From an uncultured Prevotella sp. (lineage in GTDB: Bacteria; Bacteroidota; Bacteroidia; Bacteroidales; Bacteroidaceae), in the NCBI GenBank assembly GCA_900315035.1, contig OMXO01000004.1, positions 6,129 through 70,128 on the forward strand: DNA of 64,000 bases. Direction: 5' to 3'. This document shows positions 18,576-25,128 of this stretch, in pieces. The notes beneath the pieces were generated by a model. That model was not told the origin of the DNA. It worked only from the letters and a program-made list of their open reading frames with translations, and did not search any database. The position numbers and the translations under genes were made by a program. Within the stretch, counting starts at the first letter, position 1; every line of letters starts with the position of its first letter.

Positions 18576-20269
18576 GTTCTGGTGTCCAGTATGTATATGT
18601 CGGCTTTAAAGTTCTGTTCGTCCTCGTAGTCGAGCCAGCCTGTTATCATGCTGTCTGTCGTGTGGTCGCTGCTTGCAGCCTGCTGTATCTGCTGTATCTG
18701 TGCCTCGTCTTCCTCTGCGAGGATAAAGAACGAGGTCTCCCCATGATAGTGGTTCCTGATGGCTATCTCACCCGTTACGATGTTGGGTAGCGTATAGACA
18801 AACAGCGACGGACTGGGGAAATAGTTGTCGTCGTCCTTGATCGATTCCAGATACTGGGTGTCGGTCTGCAGCGACGATGAGTGGTTGAACAGGATGACGG
18901 CTCTGTGCCCGTTATCCGTGAATCGCTCCTTGTCCTCCAGCTTGAGCAATAGCTCTGAGGCGATGAAGCCCAGTCGGCTCAACATGTCCATCTTGAAGAA
19001 TTTGGGATAGTCGCCCACTTCTTTTCTGTAGATATCTGTCAGAAGGGTTTTGCCTGTGGCTTCACTGGGGTAGGGGGTGCCGTCGGTCATCACGCCTGTG
19101 GGAGTGATTATGACCTCGTGGGTCTTTTCCCATTTCTTCGGAGTCTGTATCGATGGCATCTTGGGCTCCCGTGTGGCGATGATGGCGGCATTCGAGCCTC
19201 CGAAGCCTGATATCAGTTTGATGAAACTGTGCTTGTCTGTTGGCTGGTTCTCTGCTGTCACCTGTATCTTGCCCGACACACCCAGTTCCTCGAAACCGCG
19301 CGTGCCGATAATGGTGTGATCGTCGGTAGCGCACATTGTCAGGATGGTCTCCAGCACACCTGCTGCTCCCAGCGTGTGACCGTAGTAGCCCTTGTAACTG
19401 TTCACTTCGACGCCCGTCAGTCCTGCCCGCTCGATGGCCACCGACTCCATCTGGTCCATAAACATCGTTGCCGTACCGTGGGCATTCACCACAGCCAGTT
19501 CTTCGGTCTTTGTCTCCTCCAAGAGTGGTGTCAGACAGCGCCAGGCGCCTTCGCCCTTGTTCGATGGGGTACTGATGTGGTGGGCATCGTTTCTGATGGT
19601 GCCGTCACCGATGGTCCAACCGTCGCCCCGAGCTTGTGACGACAGGATGATGGTGGCCGCTGCTTCTCCCAGATTCATGCCTAATCGCTCGATGTCGAAT
19701 GGCTTGCAGGGATTGGCATCCATCGACTTAAACGACTGAAACCCAGAGATGACGAAGCGGTTCAGCACGTCGGCTCCTGTCACGATGGCGTAGTCATAGA
19801 CTTTCTGTGCCAACAGTCTTTCTGCCAGAATGATGGCCGCCAGTCCTGAGATGCAGGCATTACAAACCACGATGGGCTTCGTGTTGATGCCCAGAACCTT
19901 GCAGATGCGACGGGCACTCTCACCGGGATGCAGCATCTCTGTCGATGTCCCTGCCTGCCCCAGCAGTTCGATGTTGGCTTTCGTCGTACTGAGGATGAAG
20001 ACCACACGAGGGTTGCCGGCGTCAAGATCGGTATCCTCGAGCGCCTGTTTCACTGATGTGGCCACCAGCGATTCGAAACGTGTCAGTTGCGCTGTTTGGA
20101 GCGCCTCGTTCTGGGCGTCGCTGAAGATGGAGGCTGTGAAAGGTTCGGGAATACCCCATCGCCTGTCGTAGTGGGTCAGCGAACTGCGCCCCAGCTTCAC
20201 GGCTTGGTAGTTCTCCTCGGTGGTTAGTCCTATGGGTGATGTTATATTGTCTGCTATCTTATATGCCAT
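18572..20269 (-). CDS. Beta-ketoacyl synthase (KAS I/II-type Cys-His-His) fused to a C-terminal KS-like half domain
   Basis: 565 aa. Active-site contexts VVCNACISGLAAI (Cys), VNAHGTATMFMD (His) and YKGYYGHTLGAAG (Lys/His). About 190 extra C-terminal residues contain SPSLFVYTLPNIVTGEIAI. The TGA stop overlaps the tamB ATG (ATGA at 18572-18575). Confidence 0.8.
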   Translation of the reverse strand: MAYKIADNITSPIGLTTEENYQAVKLGRSSLTHYDRRWGIPEPFTASIFSDAQNEALQTAQLTRFESLVATSVKQALEDTDLDAGNPRVVFILSTTKANIELLGQAGTSTEMLHPGESARRICKVLGINTKPIVVCNACISGLAAIILAERLLAQKVYDYAIVTGADVLNRFVISGFQSFKSMDANPCKPFDIERLGMNLGEAAATIILSSQARGDGWTIGDGTIRNDAHHISTPSNKGEGAWRCLTPLLEETKTEELAVVNAHGTATMFMDQMESVAIERAGLTGVEVNSYKGYYGHTLGAAGVLETILTMCATDDHTIIGTRGFEELGVSGKIQVTAENQPTDKHSFIKLISGFGGSNAAIIATREPKMPSIQTPKKWEKTHEVIITPTGVMTDGTPYPSEATGKTLLTDIYRKEVGDYPKFFKMDMLSRLGFIASELLLKLEDKERFTDNGHRAVILFNHSSSLQTDTQYLESIKDDDNYFPSPSLFVYTLPNIVTGEIAIRNHYHGETSFFILAEEDEAQIQQIQQAASSDHTTDSMITGWLDYEDEQNFKADIYILDTRT

Positions 20270-20297
20270 TCGTGATGAAATCTTTCGATATCGCCTG

Positions 20298-20305
20298 CAA
20301 AATTA
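20298..20305 (-). promoter_or_regulatory. -7 box TAnnTTTG for the KS-tamB-tamA operon
   Basis: Minus-strand TAatTTTG, 28 nt upstream of the ketosynthase ATG at 20269. Confidence 0.45.
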
Positions 20306-20343
20306 CACTATTTCCGACGAATGTCAAAGGATTTTTAGATAAT

Positions 20344-21270
20344 TTATGGTTGTTTTTTGACAATATAAGGTACGCATTGGCGGATTTCTATGGGGATGGT
20401 CTCTACTTTGAGCCCGTCTTTCCCCTTGGCGATTTTCAGTCTGACGATACAGGCTTCGCTGTTTATCGGCTTCTTGGGGTCGAAGATGAAGTTGCCGATG
20501 CTGTAGTAGATACTGTGGCCCATAAACTCCTCGACGGTCTGTAGCGTGTGGGTGTGATGACACACGAGCACGTCGGCACCCGCCCTGATCAGCATGTGGG
20601 CCTCATGGCGCTGACTGGGCACTGGCTTCAGCGTATGTTCGCCTCCCCAGTGCAGCGATACGATGATCACGGCTGTGGGGTCTGCCTTCCTCAGTCTCTG
20701 CACGCGTCGTAGCAGTGAGTCCATGGGCTCCTGACTGACGCAGGGCTTGTCGGGCAGGTAGGCATAGTTTTCGAGGGCCAGTCTCAGCGAGGCCAGCAGC
20801 CATACTTTTCTCGGGTGCTTTGCCAACAGCACGGGTTCGGCGGCTTCTTTCATGTTCCTACCCGCCCCGATGGGCACCATCCCTGCCTTCACGATGTTCT
20901 GCTTGGTGTCGAGCAGTCCCTTGCGCCCCTGGTCTATCGTATGGTTGTTGGCCAGGTTCAGATGGGTTATCCCGTGGCGCTTCAGTGCCTGCAACCATTC
21001 GGGTTCGGCCCTGAAGATGTAGAATTTCTGTACGGGAGCGTTGATCTTTGAGGCAGGACACTCGAGATTGCCCACCACGACCTGTGCAGAACGGAACACG
21101 GCATCGACCTCTGTAGAAAACAGATGATCGACACCGCGTTTCTCTATCACTCGGCGCACCCCGCGGTCGAGCAGGATGTCGCCTGTCATGACGATGCTGA
21201 GCGTATCAGCGGCCTGCGCCGATACACCCAGCATGATACTAACAGCCAGAACTGTAGAATACCTCCTCAT
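20344..21270 (-). CDS. CapA/PGA_cap-family metallophosphoesterase, secreted
   Basis: 308 aa with signal peptide MRRYSTVLAVSIMLGVSAQA. Motifs MTGDILLDRG, GNLE, NLANNH, SLHWGGEH and CHHTH. Confidence 0.75.
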   Translation of the reverse strand: MRRYSTVLAVSIMLGVSAQAADTLSIVMTGDILLDRGVRRVIEKRGVDHLFSTEVDAVFRSAQVVVGNLECPASKINAPVQKFYIFRAEPEWLQALKRHGITHLNLANNHTIDQGRKGLLDTKQNIVKAGMVPIGAGRNMKEAAEPVLLAKHPRKVWLLASLRLALENYAYLPDKPCVSQEPMDSLLRRVQRLRKADPTAVIIVSLHWGGEHTLKPVPSQRHEAHMLIRAGADVLVCHHTHTLQTVEEFMGHSIYYSIGNFIFDPKKPINSEACIVRLKIAKGKDGLKVETIPIEIRQCVPYIVKKQP

Positions 21271-23680
21271 TGGCTTCGGGCATGTTGCCCAATGGCACGA
21301 TGATACGCTTCATCCACTCGGGCACTCCCTTACGCGGATTCTTCTTCAGCTGCTCCTGCCATTCCTCGTCGGTCAGACGCTGTTCGTCGATGCTCTGCAG
21401 GAACTCACGATAGCTCAGCACCGCACCGCGCGTCAGGTAGAGGTAACCCTCTATCTCGACCACCACGTAGATCTCGTCGGCATCGCCCACGGCTTCGAAG
21501 AGTATCGATTTGTTGGGGTTGTTGTCGGCATTGGCCGTATAGACGTCGGCCACGAGGGCCACCTTCTTGTCGGCACTCTGTATGTCGTTCCATTCATAGA
21601 TGTCAACGCCAGGGCTTCTCAGCAGGTCGAGACTGATGTTCTCAAACGTCGCACCGATATATTCGATATGACCATATTCTAAGTCGTCGAGCGCCTTGCC
21701 GGCCAACTCTTTCTCGCTGGCGTTCAAGAGGAACTCTGCCTCTTCGCGCAGTCGCTCGGTGGCTTGCTCCACCTTCTCTGTCAGCATGTTCTGCGACTTC
21801 AGCAGCTTCGAGGTGTTGTCGAGCAGTTCGATGGCTTTCTTCCAGAACTTCACATTAGGCTCTACATAACCCTTCAGTACGGGCTCTGGGGGACCGCCGC
21901 CTCCACACTCGGCACCCATGGGCTGCTTGGCGTAGAGTATGGCGTCGTGCTTCAGTTCTGCCCATGAGGCGAGGGCTGCATTTAGGTTCTTCTTGTCCCA
22001 CTCGGGGGTCAGCATGAAGTAAGGCAACTTGGCATTGTCATCCTTGTCGTTAAGCACCTTCAGCGTGTTCATCCATTGGGTACAGGTCGTCTCGTTCCAG
22101 TCGATCTCGCCCATGCGCTTCTTCATGGCCTTCAGACTGTCGCCCATCGCCTTCCAGTCGGTCTTCTCTTCCGACAGGATCTGTTCGGCAGCAGTTACGC
22201 CCATCGCAGCGAAGAAGTCGAGTCCCTTAGGTGTGGCACGTTTCGTGGGCTTGCCGTCATAGTCCACCATCTTCAGCAGCACTTCTCCGTCGGGCTGGTA
22301 GCGCTGTGGCATCACGTTGATCTTGTTGTGACTGGTCTTCTCGAACTTGGGGCGTATGCGTGTCTGTGCATTGCCGATCTTCGTGAGCGTACTGGCGATC
22401 TTGGCGACGGCCTGCTCGTTGTGTATGAGGTCTTGCATCTGCAGTCCGGTCTTCTCTACCTCGGCCATCACCTGCATCAGACTGAGATCGTCTGATTTGC
22501 CCATGAGGTAGGTGATCAGTTCGTTCAGCGTCTGGTAGTTCTTCTGCGATTCCTTGTCGAGTTTCAGGGCGCAGGCCTGCTGGATGGCAGCCAGCACCTC
22601 TTCCTTGTTGTCCATGCCGAAGGGTACGGTCTGCAGCCACATCATGCCTCTGAAGTAGCGTTTCAGCGCCTCTGAGCGGGTGTAGTGGCCACGCGGACGG
22701 AACAGGCTGTAGGCGAATGCTATCTCGTGGAAATCGGCCATGAAGTCACTGGGAGCGTTGACTGATGCCATCACCTTGTTCACTTCGTCGATGGCTACGT
22801 CGCCAGGCTCTGGCTCGGAGATATACTTGTCTGTAAACAGTTTGTAGGCAATGTTATAAAAGGTGGCGTTGTGGTGTGCTAACTTCTCGACGGTCTCGTC
22901 TTCACCTGCCCACCGCTCCATATTGTAGAGCATCTCGTGCATGTCGCGACAGAACTTTACCATCAGGGGCAACAGCTTGTTCTCCTCGACTTCGCGCAGC
23001 ATGCAGTCGATATAGAGGTGGAATATCTGCAGATAGAGGTCGGTTGTCACGAAACTGGGGAAGTCGGCATAGTCGTTGGCTTCATACACGTTGAAGAGTT
23101 GGTTGTAGTTTGCCGGCACGATACCGAAACCGTCTTTGGCCAGTTGCAGTGACAGTTTCTCGTCAAACTCCTTGATCTGCCGAGGGTTCGCCAGGTTGCC
23201 CACGTTGACGCGCAGTCCTTCCTCCACCTCGAAGTTCAGTTTCTTCAGTTCCTCTTCGCGGGCCTGAAGGCGCTTGATGAAGGCCAGCTCTTTCTCCGAG
23301 TAGCCCAGCACATTGGCCTCGTTGATGGCACGGTCGTAGTAGTCGTACCAGTCTTCACCCTCTTTCATGGGTATCTTCTCCATGTGGGCAGGCGACAGGT
23401 CTTCGAAGGCCCACATCAGCGAGTCGTACCAGGTGGTCGTCTCATACATAGCTCTCACGTAGGCATCCTTCATGGGAAATCCTCTGGTGGCGGCAGGCGC
23501 ATAGCTCAGCGTCCTGACGTCGCCCATCGGCAGTCCGGTGATGTCCATGTCGTAGTCGATGCTGTCTATCAGTTTCTCCAGGTCGATCTGCGACTGGGGC
23601 ACGCTGACGACAGCCTGTTTCTGCGTGCAAGCCGTCATGAGGCCTACAGCGCACACGGTCATTAATAGTAATTTTTTCAT
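21239..23680 (-). CDS. Large secreted protein of unknown function (DUF3160-like, unverified)
   Basis: 813 aa with lipoprotein-type signal MKKLLLMTVCAVGLMTACTQ. No catalytic motif recognised. The start overlaps the upstream stop (ATGA at 23677-23680). The 3' end overlaps the CapA start by 32 nt. Confidence 0.6.
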   Translation of the reverse strand: MKKLLLMTVCAVGLMTACTQKQAVVSVPQSQIDLEKLIDSIDYDMDITGLPMGDVRTLSYAPAATRGFPMKDAYVRAMYETTTWYDSLMWAFEDLSPAHMEKIPMKEGEDWYDYYDRAINEANVLGYSEKELAFIKRLQAREEELKKLNFEVEEGLRVNVGNLANPRQIKEFDEKLSLQLAKDGFGIVPANYNQLFNVYEANDYADFPSFVTTDLYLQIFHLYIDCMLREVEENKLLPLMVKFCRDMHEMLYNMERWAGEDETVEKLAHHNATFYNIAYKLFTDKYISEPEPGDVAIDEVNKVMASVNAPSDFMADFHEIAFAYSLFRPRGHYTRSEALKRYFRGMMWLQTVPFGMDNKEEVLAAIQQACALKLDKESQKNYQTLNELITYLMGKSDDLSLMQVMAEVEKTGLQMQDLIHNEQAVAKIASTLTKIGNAQTRIRPKFEKTSHNKINVMPQRYQPDGEVLLKMVDYDGKPTKRATPKGLDFFAAMGVTAAEQILSEEKTDWKAMGDSLKAMKKRMGEIDWNETTCTQWMNTLKVLNDKDDNAKLPYFMLTPEWDKKNLNAALASWAELKHDAILYAKQPMGAECGGGGPPEPVLKGYVEPNVKFWKKAIELLDNTSKLLKSQNMLTEKVEQATERLREEAEFLLNASEKELAGKALDDLEYGHIEYIGATFENISLDLLRSPGVDIYEWNDIQSADKKVALVADVYTANADNNPNKSILFEAVGDADEIYVVVEIEGYLYLTRGAVLSYREFLQSIDEQRLTDEEWQEQLKKNPRKGVPEWMKRIIVPLGNMPEANEEVFYSSGC

Positions 23681-24225
23681 TGGCTAAAGGTTTTAATTGC
23701 TGTTTGCTTATCTGTTCCTTTTTGGATGAAGCGCTCGTGCGCCATGCCGAATCCGCTCCAGGTGTAGTCGCTCACTGCGTAACGCCCGTCGCTGCCTTGC
23801 TCCAAGGCGCGCAGCTTGCCGTCGATGAATCTGAAGTCCACAAGTTTACCACCCAGTTTCGATCCCAGCCAGAGGGCGCGGGGCTTGCCGTTTACTAGCT
23901 TGAAAATAAACAGTCTGCGCCCTTTCTCTGGGTAGAAACGTGTCGCCTTGACGACACCTACCATCGCATCTGTCGAGCCATCGCCGTCCACGTCGCCCGT
24001 CTGGAATTGGTAAACGGGGTAGGGTAGTCGCCAGTCGTTCAGCCAGTACAGGCTGTCGTGGGCGCGCCTCAGCGTAAACCCGTCGGCTTCGGCTATGATG
24101 GGGGCTTTCTTCGCCAGGTGCTTGCCGCTGGCATGTCGCTCTACAGGCTGTCGCGTCTGAGCCGTCATACTGCCTGCTATCAGCAGTGCTGCCACCATGA
24201 TGTATGTCAGTGCCCTTCGTTCCAT
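23677..24225 (-). CDS. Secreted protein with an FG-GAP/VCBS-like motif
   Basis: The ATG at 24225 gives the signal-like N-terminus MERRALTYIMVAALLIAGSMTAQ. Motif QTGDVDGDGSTDAMVGV. The 72 extra codons of the track ORF (to 24441) run through the promoter region. The start is uncertain; the next Met is 9 codons downstream. Confidence 0.55.
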   Translation of the reverse strand: MERRALTYIMVAALLIAGSMTAQTRQPVERHASGKHLAKKAPIIAEADGFTLRRAHDSLYWLNDWRLPYPVYQFQTGDVDGDGSTDAMVGVVKATRFYPEKGRRLFIFKLVNGKPRALWLGSKLGGKLVDFRFIDGKLRALEQGSDGRYAVSDYTWSGFGMAHERFIQKGTDKQTAIKTFSQ

Positions 24226-24232
24226 TCGGTTG

Positions 24233-24240
24233 CAAATATA
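24233..24240 (-). promoter_or_regulatory. -7 box TAnnTTTG
   Basis: Minus-strand TAtaTTTG, only 7 nt from the ATG at 24225. This implies either a leaderless mRNA or use of a downstream Met. Confidence 0.35.
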
Positions 24241-24384
24241 AGCAATTTCTCTGAAACGTGCACGCTTTTTTGTCGAAAAACCGAAAAAATGTTGATTTTG
24301 CCCATTCTGTTGATATGAATCAAAAATACGCTGTGTGCGAACACAATTATTACTAAAACGTTTGCGTCGTTCCAAAAATCGCCG

Positions 24385-24392
24385 TACCTTTG
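24385..24392 (+). promoter_or_regulatory. -7 box TAnnTTTG for the small-ORF unit
   Basis: TAccTTTG, 72 nt upstream of the 34-codon ORF. Confidence 0.4.
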
Positions 24393-24464
24393 CAGTGTGA
24401 TTAAGAGAAATCACTGATACAAACACGAATTGTTTAACCATTTAACGAATAGGAGATTAAAAGT

Positions 24465-24569
24465 ATGATTACTTCAATGATTACACTGATGGAAATGGGC
24501 GCTTTGCTTTTGGCAGGAACAGTATTCAGTGCATGGATGGCAAAGCACAACAACCTGGAGGTTCGCTAA
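24465..24569 (+). CDS. Candidate small hydrophobic protein (34 aa)
   Basis: Below the ORF-track length cutoff. My own translation is MITSMITLMEMGALLLAGTVFSAWMAKHNNLEVR*. It is preceded by AGGAG (24451-24455) and a -7 box (24385-24392), and followed immediately by a hairpin plus T7 terminator. Confidence 0.35.
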   Translation: MITSMITLMEMGALLLAGTVFSAWMAKHNNLEVR

Positions 24570-24584
24570 CCTTCAGGTTTTTTT
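24554..24584 (+). terminator. Intrinsic terminator of the small-ORF unit
   Basis: CCTGGAGG-TTCGCTAA-CCTTCAGG forms an 8-bp stem with one G-U pair, followed by T7. The stop codon lies in the loop. Confidence 0.6.
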
Positions 24585-24733
24585 ATGCTTGAGGGTCTTT
24601 GCTTCTTACAGGTGTCTTCTGGTGCACCGAGCGGCCGCTTGGTTTGTCCAAGAATTTCGTATATTGCTGAATCGACCCGTCTTTTTCATTTCCTTTGGTT
24701 ACAAGTGCTTATTAGTTAGGTGATTTTTGTTAC

Positions 24734-24751
24734 CCAGTTAGGCCGCAAATT
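24734..24751. repeat. Conserved 18-mer CCAGTTAGGCCGCAAATT (copy 1)
   Basis: Identical to 59237-59254. In both copies it lies 22-23 nt left of the leftward -7 box and is followed by the shared TCGAC(A/G)GTGCAAAG. Confidence 0.9.
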
Positions 24752-24773
24752 CCGTATTTTTTCGTCGACAGTG

Positions 24774-24781
24774 CAAAGGTA
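24774..24781 (-). promoter_or_regulatory. Leftward -7 box at the left edge of palindromic element A (no CDS downstream)
   Basis: Minus-strand TAccTTTG within CGTACCTTTGCAC, the mirror image of the rightward box at 25085-25092. Confidence 0.35.
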
Positions 24782-24817
24782 CGAAATTTTCAGAGTACCT
24801 CCAAATTATTTCACCAT

Positions 24818-24838
24818 AAAAGCACGTTAAAAAGCACG
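24818..24838. repeat. Direct pair AAAAGCACG-TT-AAAAAGCACG (element A), mirrored at 25028-25049
   Basis: Direct repeat with a ~11-12 nt period. The mirror copies on the right arm are CGTGTCTTTT and CGTGCTTTTT. Element B has the analogous AAAACCGCACTT/AAAATCGCACTT at about 59317-59340. Confidence 0.7.
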
Positions 24839-24860
24839 CAACCACGCAAAATGCCAAAAC

Positions 24861-25013
24861 GCTACAGCGCTACAGTGCTACAGTTAGAAAACTAGCAATC
24901 AAAAAGCAAAAAAATAATTCTATATATATTTATATATATATATAAATATATATAGGCATATTTATTGAGGTGCGGTGACCATTATTTCAACTGTAGCACT
25001 GTAGCGCTGTAGC
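24861..25013. repeat. Element A core: perfect 25-bp inverted repeat of tandem octamers flanking a 103-nt interior
   Basis: The left arm 24861-24885 is GCTACAGC GCTACAGT GCTACAGT T. The right arm 24989-25013 is its exact reverse complement AACTGTAGCACTGTAGCGCTGTAGC. Confidence 0.95.
24920..24955. repeat. Element A centre: perfect 36-bp palindrome, A/T-only apart from the terminal C/G
   Basis: The sequence is CTATATATATTTATATATATATATAAATATATATAG. All 18 base pairs were checked position by position. Confidence 0.95.
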
Positions 25014-25084
25014 ACTTTTTTGTCTTCCGTGTCTTTTCCCGTGCTTTTTTTGCTTTATTATTTTTCAGTACGGTCTTTTTTGCG

Positions 25085-25092
25085 TATCTTTG
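25085..25092 (+). promoter_or_regulatory. -7 box TAnnTTTG for the carboxylesterase (right edge of element A)
   Basis: TAtcTTTG, 36 nt upstream of the ATG at 25129. Confidence 0.45.
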
Positions 25093-25128
25093 CACTCGGT
25101 TACAAAACAAATAAAAATTGCTGAATAT

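Noticed and set aside
24529-24723. 64-aa + strand ORF downstream of the small-ORF terminator.
   Set aside because: It starts inside the 34-codon ORF in another frame and reads through a hairpin/T7 terminator. It has no promoter or conservation cue. The region is more plausibly non-coding.
24861-25013. Invertible promoter (inverton) between the 25-bp (A) or 29-bp (B, 59385-59540) inverted repeats.
   Set aside because: - Neither interior (103 nt or 98 nt) contains a TAnnTTTG box on either strand, so inversion would not switch a promoter.
- The IR sequences are unrelated between copies, so one site-specific recombinase could not recognise both.
- No recombinase gene is in the window.

Inversion is not formally excluded and can be tested with long reads.
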